Of a stretch of DNA of 64,000 bases, positions 44,604-55,740 are shown in pieces. Both the position numbers and the translations under genes were made by a program. Under the pieces are notes generated by a model. That model was not told the DNA's origin and ran no database searches. It saw only the letters and a list, made by a program, of their open reading frames with translations. Within the stretch, counting starts at the first letter, position 1; each line of letters starts with the position of its first letter. Source of the stretch: Phaeosaccion multiseriatum (taxonomy: Eukaryota > Protista > Ochrophyta, other classes); NCBI GenBank assembly GCA_965112735.1, contig CBCOSG010000001.1, forward strand, positions 160,090-224,089, in the 5' to 3' direction.

Positions 44604-45462
44604 ATGATGTTTAAATACATGCTGCGTCGTATGTGGAAACGAATAACAGATTTGGATACAGAGGTTTGGTTTGTAATACTGTTTGTAGCCTACTTTTTAA
44701 CCTTTGTCATTTCCTCCCTTGGACTGTTTGAGGGTAGGTTTGATATCGTGTGTTCACTAGTGCAATTCAGCGTCCATCTGGGGTGGATTTTTTACTACCA
44801 TAAAGAGGTAATTTTACCCAAGTTTAGAAAGGATAAAACCCGGTGTAGAGAGGGCAGTTATGTCGCATCTCTTTACCAGGATAGTCTGGGACACGAAGGT
44901 TTGGCAAAAGTACAAACTCTCTTGTATTCGTCATTTATCCTCGGAATCGGTCTACCACCAAAATACTCTATTTTGTTTTATCTCATAGGTTTACTCTCCT
45001 TATTGGCCTGTCTCTATTTACTGCCGGCGTATGTGCGATCAACCACACGACTGTTTCAGGAGTGTTTTTTGAATCCTGGAGTACTCCACGCTAAAGGGTT
45101 TACAAAAAAAAGAATAGTGTGGGAAGTGGCTGTAGAACACGGCAAAAGAATTCAAATAATTGTAGCGGGGGGCTAGTGGCAGATGTGTGGGTCGGAAAGT
45201 TCTTTTACGGTCTAGATGGAAGGTCGTCGCTGCAAAATTTCTATTCTTCGACGTTCGATAACTTCACTGCGGACACTCAAGAGAGTGTCACGAAATTCGG
45301 GCCCTCGAAAGCAGGAGAGTCCCCTCAGACCTGATGAAGACGGCGTCGGGGAAACTGGATATAGGAGCAATAGATTGGCTTCTTCAAGAGTATAACGCGG
45401 CTCTTGATCATTACGGAGAACTATATAAGGCTCAACTTGAAGATCGAGTCGAAAAACCTTAA
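44604..45462 (+). CDS. Orphan membrane protein ORF286 (two 1-nt frameshifts, probably errors)
   Basis: Paralog of ORF280 through to the C-terminal QLED..EKP*; the mirror arm repairs the second shift (TTCCGGGCC). Confidence 0.8.
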
Positions 45463-45539
45463 TAGTGTAGAGATAGGTAAGTTGCTAAAGGGGTATAATA
45501 CCCCTAAGTAAATTATTTTGTCTTCTATGCTATTAAGCT

Positions 45540-45610
45540 ATGGAATTATAAGTGAGTCTACTGCGCGAAGCTTAGGCAGTGGAGGTAGTTTGATTGGTAA
45601 AGTTTTTTAG
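45540..45610 (+). pseudogene. rps8 3' fragment
   Basis: Translates to YGIISESTARSLGSGGSLIGKVF*. Confidence 0.75.
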
Positions 45611-45640
45611 ACCTAGGACTCACATAGTCTTTTCATACCA

Positions 45641-45715
45641 TGGTGGAGTAGAGCAGTTGGCCAGCTTGTTAGGCTCATGATCTAAAAGTCGTAGGTTCGA
45701 ATCCTACCTCCGCCC
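45641..45715 (+). tRNA. trnM: tRNA-Met(CAT), initiator-like
   Basis: GGAGTAGAGCAG..GGCTCAT..GTAGGTTCGAATCCTAC. Confidence 0.88.
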
Positions 45716-46043
45716 GTATGCATGAACGAATAAATCCCCAGTCTAACGAGGAAATCCTCGGTTTAAAGTCTTACATCTGCTACATTAGTCCCAGGTCCGG
45801 ATCTGGGCCATCTACCTATATTCCCATTATAGCCAATATTGGCCATATAGGCCGATACTAGCTAAAATAAAGAGGATAGATAAATGGGTTTCTCTTGCAA
45901 GCTTCCGCCGAAGATACCTCTTTCGAGGAAGGGGTTAGAAGGCGGAAAAGGGTGATGCCAACCCCCAAGGAAGCCGTGGCATTCAGTAAGCAACCTTGGC
46001 ATTTAAGCATCAGTCTGATCCATTGGTGCTTAGAAAGGTTCCT

Positions 46044-46110
46044 GGATTTGTATGGATAGGCCGTCAGATTTCTGTCCCGGCGGTGGTAAGTTCAAATCTT
46101 ACCAAATCCA
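46044..46110 (+). pseudogene. D-arm-deleted tRNA-Arg-like sequence (TCT)
   Basis: Paralog of trnR(TCG) 35128-35201 lacking GCTCAAT; acceptor and T stems intact. Confidence 0.7.
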
Positions 46111-46111
46111 A

Positions 46112-46479
46112 ATTTGCGGCTTACATCAGCTTGTTCGTTATCCCCGTATACCTCAGTCCTCTCGTAGCAAATCTCCCGCTTTAAAGTCTTGCCCTCAAAA
46201 AAAGGGCCTTTGTTTAAAAATTTACTTACGAAAACCCAAAAGCCTAACTCTGCCCTACGAAAGTTATGCCGAGTACGCCTAAGTACAGGCCGTCGAATCA
46301 GCGCCTACATTCCTGGCGAGGGCCACAACCTTCAGGAATTTAATTCTGTTTTGATTCGAGGAGGTCGAGCTAAAGATCTTCCTGGTGTCCGTTACCACGT
46401 CATTCGGGGCAAGTATGACTGTTTGGGTTTAATAAAGCGTACCACTTCTCGGTCCAAATATGGGGCCAGAAAACCATAA
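46112..46479 (+). CDS. rps12: Ribosomal protein S12 (start uncertain; 1-nt deletion near 46240)
   Basis: LHQLVR..SPAL..CPQKKG, PNSALRK and PGEGHNLQE; the mirror arm has an intact PKKPNS. Confidence 0.95.
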
Positions 46480-46482
46480 AAA

Positions 46483-46919
46483 ATGAGATTGAGCCAAAGT
46501 TCTGAAGGAAGTATTTTTTGTAAGCATCTCATTCGCCGCGGGGGTCGACTTCGAGAGCTCACAGCCTCGTAGGTAGCAGTCTGCGCTACCTCTACGAGCA
46601 TCAACCGAAAAAGGCGGCTTATGTGTTTTTTCATGCTCTTCAACAGACTGAACCTATGGCTCAGGGAAAAACTTTTCCTGGCCGAAGAAAAAAGCAAGCC
46701 AAAGTACGATGGATTTCTTTCCCTCTCTGGAAAAAACGTCGTCAATACCTTAGTCTCCACTGGATTCTTCGTACGACTCCGAAGGGTCCACTATCTAAAA
46801 ATCTAGGTTCTTCCTTGTGTAAAGCCAGTCAGTCGACTGGCGAAGCCACTTTTCTAAAGCAGGCTTATCATCAACAAAGTTTAGAAGGTCGGCCTTATGC
46901 CAACTATCGCTGGCACTAA
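46483..46919 (+). CDS. rps7: Ribosomal protein S7 (2-nt insertion near 46552)
   Basis: Follows rps12; ends H.....RPYANYRW; the mirror arm lacks the extra GA. Confidence 0.85.
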
Positions 46920-46971
46920 AAACTGAATCGGCTTTTGTGTATTAGAGGGCCAAGATCGTACTGATATTTGT

Positions 46972-47499
46972 ATGAAATTGTACCATAGGTATTTACAACC
47001 TAATATGGAAATTATTCCTCTGAGCCAGGTGCGGGTAAAAAACCAGGAGGTGTGCGCTTATCTGCCTTTTCCTCCTCAGTGTTTTTCAACTTTGGTTTAT
47101 CTAAAGTATCATACAAACACTGGGTATAAAATTTTATCTTGTATCTCCGGAGTGGATTACCCTTGCCGACAAAGTCGGTTGGAAGTGGTCTACGAAGTAT
47201 TAAGTATCAAGTATAACCAACGCCTCCGTTTGCGAACTCTGTTTCAACCTAAAACCTTTAGATTTTTAGGTCTAGATTCAGTAACTAATATTTATATGGG
47301 CGCCAATTGGTGGGAAAGAGAAGTTTGGGATATGTTTGGTATCCTTTTTGAAAATCACCCCAGTTTACGGCGAATCTTAACGGATTACGGCTTTCAAGGC
47401 CATCCTTTACGAAAAGATTTCCCATTGACAGGCTACGAAGAACTTAGGTACGACGATAGTGTGAAGAGAGTGGTAGGTAATCTTATCCAAAATTTATAG
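46972..47499 (+). CDS. nad9: NADH dehydrogenase subunit 9
   Basis: WWEREVWDMFG and RRILTDYGF.GHPLRKDFPL motifs. Confidence 0.97.
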   Translation: MKLYHRYLQPNMEIIPLSQVRVKNQEVCAYLPFPPQCFSTLVYLKYHTNTGYKILSCISGVDYPCRQSRLEVVYEVLSIKYNQRLRLRTLFQPKTFRFLGLDSVTNIYMGANWWEREVWDMFGILFENHPSLRRILTDYGFQGHPLRKDFPLTGYEELRYDDSVKRVVGNLIQNL

Positions 47500-47566
47500 A
47501 GGGAAAATATATTGGTTGTTGTGGACATTAGTGGGCCTGTATCATAAAGTTAAGCCAAACTTTGGT

Positions 47567-47637
47567 TGGAGTATAGCCAAGTGGAAAGGCAGCCGTTTTT
47601 GGCGCGGCCATCCAAGGTTCAAATCCTTGTACTCCAT
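47567..47637 (+). tRNA. trnQ: tRNA-Gln(TTG)
   Basis: Cloverleaf. Confidence 0.9.
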
Positions 47638-47651
47638 AAAAGAATGCACAA

Positions 47652-47720
47652 TTGAATACTATAGAGTCAATGCCTTGGATTGCAAATTCTATCAGGAGGA
47701 TTTTATTTGGTTTCCAGCCT
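47652..47720 (+). pseudogene. Degenerate tRNA-Cys
   Basis: CAATGCCTTGGATTGCAAAT is identical to trnC; the other arms are broken. Confidence 0.6.
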
Positions 47721-47735
47721 AGTTAGTAGATAAAT

Positions 47736-47807
47736 GCAGAAGTAACTCAAAGGTAGAGTGCAAGCTTGCCAAGTTTGAAGCTGAGGGTTCAAATCCCTTC
47801 TTTTGCT
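47736..47807 (+). tRNA. trnG: tRNA-Gly(GCC)
   Basis: Cloverleaf. Confidence 0.9.
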
Positions 47808-47880
47808 GGGTCCATAGCTCAGTTGGAAGAGCATTGGCCTTCTAAGCCAAACGTCATAGGTTCGAGTCCTATTGGACCCT
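47808..47880 (+). tRNA. trnR: tRNA-Arg(TCT)
   Basis: Cloverleaf. Confidence 0.92.
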
Positions 47881-48109
47881 GATCAGCCACTCCCGGAGGT
47901 TTGTCTTCATCATAGGCTGACAAGCCTTTTCTAAATAGGGAAAACTAACTCCAATAAAATTAGTTGGATTATTTTCCTCCTTGATCTCAGTATTTCTAAT
48001 TATCATTCTACTTATGTGTACAGGGGCTCAAATTTATATTCTTCTTATAGAGTTGAAGATTGAAGAGATATTTTAGAAAGACCCAGCTGAATGTATTGTA
48101 TCAAATCTT

Positions 48110-48625
48110 ATGCGCAAAAGACGACTTTATATATCCGACAAAGTTTGTTGTGTTATTGAAAACCAAATTTTACGAATCGAAGGACCTTTGGGGGAAAAAT
48201 CCTTAGTTCTTCCTCGTGGTTTAGGCCTCCGTTGGAGTCAAGGCCGTTTAGATTATCTACCAAATTGGCGACTGCGAAAACTAGAAGCTAGTTTCTACGA
48301 CGTTTTAAAAAAAACCATCCAAGGAGTGCATCAAGGTTTTGTCTTACATTTAGATATTTTAGGTGTGGGATATAAAGCGGAGGTCCAAGATAAGGATTTA
48401 CGCCTAAAATTGGGCAAAAGCAAAATAGATGTCATGGATTTAGGCTATGGTATTGATGTTAAATGCCTAAAACCTCGACATATGTTTTTGCAAGCCGCAG
48501 AAGGAAATTTTCTCCGTCAAACTGCTGCTAATATCCGTAGTCTTCACCCTCCGGAAGTTTATAAGCAAAAGGGCATTTTTTATCGAGGAGAAAAATCTGT
48601 GACCAAACAAGGGAAAGTAAATTAA
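48110..48625 (+). CDS. rpl6: Ribosomal protein L6
   Basis: IEGPLG, GVGYKA, L.LG and PPEVYK.KGI motifs. Confidence 0.95.
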   Translation: MRKRRLYISDKVCCVIENQILRIEGPLGEKSLVLPRGLGLRWSQGRLDYLPNWRLRKLEASFYDVLKKTIQGVHQGFVLHLDILGVGYKAEVQDKDLRLKLGKSKIDVMDLGYGIDVKCLKPRHMFLQAAEGNFLRQTAANIRSLHPPEVYKQKGIFYRGEKSVTKQGKVN

Positions 48626-48660
48626 AGAATTACGCCTCTACATATGCTAAAGAAAAAAGA

Positions 48661-48716
48661 TAGGGGGTCAAGATTTAGTAAAGTACGGTACTACTACTAA
48701 AAGCCTAGACCCCCTA
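48661..48716. other. Imperfect fold-back apex; putative hairpin telomere
   Basis: TAGGGGGTC-aaga-TTTAGTA-a-AGTAC-g-GTACT-ac-TACTAAA-agccta-GACCCCCTA, at the centre of a palindrome of about 30 kb. Confidence 0.75.
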
Positions 48717-48751
48717 TCTTTTTTCTTTAGCATATGTAGAGGCGTAATTCT

Positions 48752-49286
48752 TTAATTTACTTTTCCTTTGTTTGGTCACACAGATTTTTCCCCTCGATAA
48801 AAAATGCCCTTTTGCTTATAAACTTCCGGAGGGTGAAGACTACGGATATTAGCAGCAGTTTGACGGAGAGAAAATTTCCTTCTGCGGCTTGCAAAACATA
48901 TGTCGAGGTTTTAGGCATTTAACATCAATACCATAGCCCTAAATCCATGACATCTATTTTTGCTTTTGCCCAATTTTAGGCGTAAATCCTTATCTTGGAC
49001 CTCCGCTTTATATCCCACCACACCTAAAATATCTAAATGTAAGACAAAACCCTTGATGCACTCCTTGGATGGTTTTTTTAAAACGTCGTAGAAACTAGCT
49101 TCTAGTTTTCGCAGTCGCCAATTTGGTAGATAATCTAAACGGCCGGCCTTGACTCCAACGGAGGCCTAAACCACGAGGAGGAAGAACTAAGGATTTTTCC
49201 CCCAAAGGTCCTTCGATTCGTAAAATTTGGGTTTTCAATAACACAACAAACTTTGTCGGATATATAAAGTCGTCTTTTGCGCGCAT
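48752..49286 (-). CDS. rpl6: rpl6, mirror copy (frameshifted by indels)
   Basis: Reverse complement of 48110-48625. Confidence 0.8.
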
Positions 49287-49518
49287 AAGATTTGATACAA
49301 TACATTCAGCTGGGTCTTTCTAAAAATATCTCTTCAATCTTCAACTCTATAAGAAGAATATAAATTTGAGCCCCTGTACACATAAGTAGAATGATAATTA
49401 GAAATACTGAGATCAAGGAGGAAAATAATCCCAACTAATTTTATTGGAGTTAGTTTTCCCTATTTAGAAAAGGCTTGTCAGCCTATGATGAAGACAAACC
49501 TCCGGGAGTGGCTGATCA

Positions 49519-49853
49519 GGGTCCAATAGGACTCGAACCTATGACGTTTGGCTTAGAAGGCCCAATGCTCTTCCAACTGAGCTATGGACCCACCCAGCAA
49601 AAGAAAAGAAGGGATTTGAACCCTCAGCTTCAAACTTGGCAAGCTTGCACTCTACCTCTACCTTTGAGTTACTTCTGCATTTATCTACTAACTAGGCTGG
49701 AAACCCAAATAAAATCCTCCTGATAGAATTTGCAATCCAAGGCATTGACTCTATAGTATTCAATTGTGCATTCTTCTTTTATGGAGTACAAAGGATTTGA
49801 ACCTTGGATGGCCGCGCCAAAAACGGCTGCCTTTCCACTTGGCTATACTCCAA
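49519..49853 (-). tRNA. Mirror copies of trnR(TCT), trnG(GCC) and trnQ(TTG), with indels
   Basis: Reverse complement of 47567-47880. Confidence 0.8.
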
Positions 49854-49926
49854 CCAAAGTTTGGCTTAACTTAACTTTATGATACAGGCCCCCACTAATG
49901 TCCACAACAACCAATATATTTTCCCT

Positions 49927-50465
49927 CTATAAATTTTGGATAAGATTACCTACCACTCTCTTCACACTATCGTCGTACCTAAGTTCTTCGTAGCCTGTCA
50001 ATGGGGAAATCTTTTCGTAAAAGGATGGCCTTGAAAGCCGTAAATCCGTTTAGAGATTCGCCGTAAACTGGGGTGATTTTCAAAAAGGATACCAAACATA
50101 TCCCAAACTTCTCTTTCCCACCAATTGGCGCCCATATAAATATTAGTTACTGAATCTAGACCTAAAAATCTAAAGGTTTTAGGTTGAAACAGAGTTCGCA
50201 AACGGAGGCGTTGGTTATACTTGATACTTAATACTTCGTAGACCACTTCCAACCGACTTTGTCGGCAAGGGTAATCCACTCCGGAGATACAAGATAAAAT
50301 TTTATACCCAGTGTTTGTATGATACTTTAGATAAACCAAAGTTGAAAAAACACTGAGGAGGAAAAGGCAGATAAGCGCACACCTCCTGGTTTTTTACCCG
50401 CCCGCACCTGGCTCAGAGGAATAATTTCCATATTTAGGTTGTAAATACCTATGGTACAATTTCAT
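49927..50465 (-). CDS. nad9: nad9, mirror copy (frameshifted)
   Basis: Reverse complement of 46972-47499. Confidence 0.85.
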
Positions 50466-50517
50466 ACAAATATCAGTACGATCTTGGCCCTCTAATACAC
50501 AAAAGCCGATTCAGTTT

Positions 50518-50986
50518 TTAGTGCCAGCGATAGTTTGGCATAAGGCCGACCTTCTAAAACTTTGTTGATGATAAGCCTGCTTTTAGAAAAGTGGCTTCGC
50601 CAGTCGACTGACTGGCTTTACACAAGGAAGAACCTAGATTTTTAGATAGTGGACCCTTCGGAGTCGTACGAAGAATCCAGTGGAGACTAAGGTACGTTTT
50701 TTCCAGAGAGGGAAAGAAACGACGTTTTTGGCTCCAGAGAGGGAAAGAAATCCATCGTACTTTGGCTTGCTTTTTTCTTCGGCCAGGAAAAGTTTTCCCT
50801 GAGCCATAGGTTCAGTCTGTTGAAGAGCATGAAAAAACACATAAGCCGCGCCTTTTTCGGTTGATGCTCGTAGAGGTAGCGCAGACTGCTACCTACGAGG
50901 CTGTGAGCTCGAAGTCGACCCCCGCCCCCGCGGCGAATGAGATGCTTACAAAAAATACTTCCTTCAGAACTTTGGCTCAATCTCAT
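50518..50986 (-). CDS. rps7: rps7, mirror copy (frameshifted)
   Basis: Reverse complement of 46483-46919. Confidence 0.75.
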
Positions 50987-50989
50987 TTT

Positions 50990-51393
50990 TTATGGTTTTC
51001 TGGCCCCCCATATTTGGACCGAGAAGTGGTACGCTTTATTAAACCCCCAAACAGTCATACTTGCCCCGAATGACGTGGTAACGGACACCAGGAGGAAGAT
51101 CTTTAGCTCGACCTCCTCGAATCAAAACAGAATTAAATTCCTGAAGGTTGTCCTGAAGGTTGTGGCCCTCGCCAGGAATGTAGGCGCTGATCGACGGCGA
51201 CGGCCTGTACTTAGGCGTACTACTCGGCATAACTTTTTCGTAGGTAGGGCAGAGAGTTAGGCTTTTTGGGTTTTCGTAAGTAAATTTTTAAACAAAGGCC
51301 CTTTTTTTGAGGGCAAGACTTTAAAGCGGGAGATTTGCTACGAGAGGACTGAGGTATACGGGGATAACGAACAAGCTGATGTAAGCCCGCAAA
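50990..51393 (-). CDS. rps12: rps12, mirror copy (frameshifted)
   Basis: Reverse complement of 46112-46479. Confidence 0.85.
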
Positions 51394-51800
51394 TTTGGAT
51401 TTGGTAAGATTTGAACTTACCACCGCCGGGACAGAAATCTGACGGCCTATCCATACAAATCCAGGAACCTTTCTAAGCACCAATGGATCAGACTGATGCT
51501 TAAATGCCAAGGTTGCTTACTGAATGCCACGGCTTCCTTGGGGGTTGGCATCACCCTTTTCCGCCTTCTAACCCCTTCCTCGAAAGAGGTATCTTCGGCG
51601 GAAGCTTGCAAGAGAAACCCATTTATCTATCCTCTTTATTTTAGCTAGTATCGGCCTATATGGCCAATATTGGCTATATAATGGGAATATAGGTAGATGG
51701 CCCCAGATCCGGACCGGACCTGGGACTAATGTAGCAGATGTAAGACTTTAAACCGAGGATTTCCTCGTTAGACTGGGGATTTATTCGTTCATGCATATAC

Positions 51801-51875
51801 GGGCGGAGGTAGGATTCGAACCTACGACTTTTAGATCATGAGCCTAACAAGCTGGCCAACTGCTCTACTCCACCA
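51801..51875 (-). tRNA. trnM: tRNA-Met(CAT), mirror copy
   Basis: Reverse complement of 45641-45715. Confidence 0.85.
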
Positions 51876-52055
51876 TGGTATGAAAAGACTATGTGAGTCC
51901 CTAGGTCTAAAAACTTTACCAATCAAACTACCTCCACTGCCCTAAGCTTCGCGCAGTAGACTCACTTATAATTCCATAGCTTAATAGCATAGAAGACAAA
52001 ATAATTTACTTAGGGGTATTATACCCCTTTAGCAACTTTACCTATCTCTACACTA

Positions 52056-52962
52056 TTAAGGTTTTTCGACTCGATCTTCAAGTTGAGCCTTATTATATAG
52101 TTCTCCGTAATGATCAAGAGCCGCGCGTTATACTCTTGAAGAAGCCAATCTATATTGCTCCTATATCCAGTTTCCCCCCGACGCCGTCTTCATCAGGTCT
52201 GAGGGGGGGACTCTCCTGCTTTCGAGGGCCCGGAATTTCGTGACACTCTCTTGAGTGTCCGCAGTGAAGTTATCGAACGTCGAAGAATAGAAAATTTTGC
52301 AGCGACGACCTTCCATCTAGACCGTAAAAGAACTTTCCGACCCACACATCTGCCACTAGCCCCCCGCTACAATTATTTGAATTCTTTTGCCGTGTTCTAC
52401 AGCCACTTCCCACACTATTCTTTTTTTGTAAACCCTTTAGCGTGGAGTACTCCAGGATTCAAAAAACACTCCTGAAACAGTCGTGTGGTTGATCGCACAT
52501 ATACGGCCGGCAGTAAATAGAATAGAGACAGGGCCAATAAGGAGAGTAAAACCTATGAGATAAAACAAAATAGAGTATTTTGGTGGTAGACCGATTCCGA
52601 GGATAAATGACGAATAATACAAGAGAGTTTGTACTTTTGCCAAACCTTCGTGTCCCAGACTATCCTGGTAAGAGAGATGCGACATAACTGCCCTCTCTAC
52701 ACCGGGTTTTTATCCTTTCTAAACTTGGGTAAAATTACCCTCTTTATGGTAGTAAAAAATCCACCCCAGATGGACGCTGAATTGCACTAGTGAACACACG
52801 ATATCAAACCTACCCTCAAACAGTCCAAGGGAGGAAATGACAAAGGTTAAAAAGTAGGCTACAAACAGTATTACAAACCAAACCTCTGTATCCAAATCTG
52901 TTATTCGTTCCACATACGACGCAGCATGTATTTAAACGACGCAGCATGTATTTAAACATCAT
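52056..52962 (-). CDS. ORF286, mirror copy (frameshifted)
   Basis: Reverse complement of 44604-45462. Confidence 0.7.
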
Positions 52963-52964
52963 AA

Positions 52965-53370
52965 GCCTAATTAGTAAGGATCAGCTACACCGCGCTTACA
53001 CGACTTTCACTACCCTCCTATTCACGTTTTCGTCTAAAACGAAACGAGGCCTAGACAATGCTTGAGGACAAGTTTCTGGCTTAGATGCTTTCAGCCATTC
53101 TCTTCTAGAGATGTAGCTACCCGACACTGCATGTGCTCACACAACCGGTACACCATGGATCCCCGAAATTCGGTCCTCTCGTACTAGAATTTCTTCCCTT
53201 AGATTGTTGTCCACAGTAGATAGGGACCAAACTGTCTCACGACGTTCTAAACCCAACTCACGTACCACTTTCATGGGCGAACAGCCCAACCCTTGGAAGC
53301 TTTTCTCCTCCAGGATGTGATGAGTCGACATCGAGGTGCCAAACCCTTCCGTCGATAGGAGCTCTCGAGA

Positions 53371-53401
<31 letters not shown>

Positions 53402-53715
53402 ATCCTATGAGCGGGTGAAGTGCCCATATGCACATCCACCGGATCTGTATGGCCGACTTTCGTCTCTGTTCGACTTGTGAGTCTTACAGTCAGGCACACA
53501 TCAAGCCATTCCGCCTTTTCTTTCTTCCTTCATGGAAGGGTGTACCTTTGCGTACCCCCGTTACTCTTTAGGAGGCTGCCGTCCCAGCCAAACTACCCGT
53601 CTGAGCCTGTCCCAAGTCAGGTGAAGAAAGCTAGACTGAAGGAGGGTGGTCTTTCATCTGCGGCATAACCTCCCACCTACTACTACGCAACCTATGTCAT
53701 GCTTCCCAGCTCAAA

Positions 53716-53749
<34 letters not shown>

Positions 53750-53832
53750 CTGCAGCAGCGAGGTCGGTCGCCTCTTCACGACCATGGGAATTTCACTGAG
53801 TCCGTGTTGGAGACAGCGGAGCAGTCGTTACA

Positions 53833-53863
<31 letters not shown>

Positions 53864-53952
53864 TCAGTTTTGCTACCTTAGGACCGTCAGAGTTACAGCC
53901 GCCGCCGTTTACTGGGCATTCTCCCTAAAAGCTTCCACTTTCGGGTCTTCCG

Positions 53953-53990
<38 letters not shown>

Positions 53991-55685
53991 TTTACAACTT
54001 CGCAGAGTCCTGTGTTTTTACTAAACAGTCGCCGCTCCCACTTTAGTGCCAAGCCTACAAAGGCTTCCTCCTTCTACCGAAGCCACGGAGTCATTTTGCC
54101 GAGTTCCTTCAACGAGTTCCTTCAACACGGTTCTCTCAAAAGGCCTGAGTGTACTCCACCCATTCACCTGTGTCGGTTTACGATACGGTGCCGCTCCTAG
54201 AGAAGTATTTCCTGGAAGCTGAGCTAAAGCAGAGGAGACCAGCTATACTCCTCTACTTCCTCTGCCAGCTTCGTCCTGTCTAAGATCTCCCATCAACCCT
54301 GGCTTTCGTCAGCAGTCTTAGGGACCGTCTTTATGGCTTGAGATTAGCTCAAGCCCCCACGAAGAAGAAATCTGTCGTGGAAACCCTTGAATTTAAGGCC
54401 ACCAGGATCCTCCTGGTTTGTTGCTACTCATGTCAGTATTCTCGATTCCGATATCTCCAATGAAGGTTGCCCCTCATCTTCCTCGACCTACGGAAGGTTC
54501 TGCTACCACCCTGTAGGGTTTGAGGCTTCGGTAGGAAAGATTAGTCCCAAACATTGTGGGCGCAAAAAACTTCGACCAGTGAGCTGTTACGCATTCTTTA
54601 AAGGATGACTGCTACCAAGCCTACCTCCTGGCTGTCTTTAGCTCGTCACCTCCTTCTTCACTTCCTTTCCTTTGGGGACCTTAACCATCAATCTGGGCTG
54701 TTTCCCTTTTGACCAAGGACCTTCGCACCCATGGTCTGTCTGCCTTGATTGAAGACGTATCCTGTATTCGCAGTTTGCCATAAGTCAGTAAGATTTTGCC
54801 TCCCCTTTCCTACGACAGTGCTCTACCCCGGATTTCCCATTAAGACGCTCTACTTCAATAGATTTCGCAGAAAACCAGCTATCTCCGACTTTGATTGGCC
54901 TTTCACCCCTAAGATCAAATCATCCCAGTATTTTGCCACATACACGGGTTCGGTCCTCCAAAGAAAGTTGCCTTGTCTTTTTCAACCTGTTCAATCTTAG
55001 CTCAGTCGGTTTCGGGTAAAAAAATTGGGACTCCACGAAGTTTTACTCCTCGATTGACCTTTGCCTTCCTAAACTTAAGCTTGCCCCTAATCTTTTACTC
55101 ACTGACCCATTATACAAAAGGTAGGCTGTCACTTCCACAAAGCTTCAACACCTAAAAGGCAGGGAGTTTCAGGACATTTCACAGCAGAAATCTCTGTTTC
55201 ACCTTTCTCTCACGATACTTGTTCACTATGGGTCTATTTGGCCCAGTCTATTTAGGCTTTGAGGATGGCTCCCCAATATTCCTTGTCTATCGCCAGAAAA
55301 GTACTTGAATCCTCTCCTTTTCTTCCTACGGGACTTGTACCTTCTATGGTTTTCTTCTCCATCCAATGTTTTATTGAGCTGGAGTCGTTTTTTAATTTGG
55401 ATCTTTCAAGGTCGTCTAGGAGAGAGCCTACACCGTTTTCGCTCACCGCTACTTACGGTATCTCGGTTGATTTCTCTTAAGCAGATTACTTAGATGTTTC
55501 AGTTTGTCTGCCCTCTTCTTTGCAGGCTTTACTGGCCTGTTTTTCCTCAAACGGAATGGTTTTCCAAGGTAGAAGGTCGAAGTGCACAGGTCGAAGACCT
55601 TCCTCCGAGCTTTCGTTGTTGTCTACGTCTACAGAGGCTGGGCCCCTAGGCATTCCCTCCATGCCCTTTGTGAAGATTTTCTTTA
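52965..55685 (-). rRNA. rnl: Large subunit rRNA, mirror copy
   Basis: Reverse complement of 41925-44600. Confidence 0.93.
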
Positions 55686-55740
55686 TTTTGCTTGAAGCTT
55701 GTCACAAACTTCACAAATGGAAGAAAAATCTTGTCAGCTC

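Larger units (their letters stand above)
33182..48687 (+). repeat. Inverted repeat, complete right arm (~15.5 kb)
   Basis: Mirrored by 1-8241 and by 48688-64000. Confidence 0.93.

Noticed and set aside
46230-46560. rps12 and rps7 as pseudogenes
   Set aside because: The mirror arm has the correct bases at both sites.
47940-48090. ~50-codon hydrophobic frame before rpl6 (tatA-like?)
   Set aside because: No clear start, no FG motif, and no tatC recognised in the genome.
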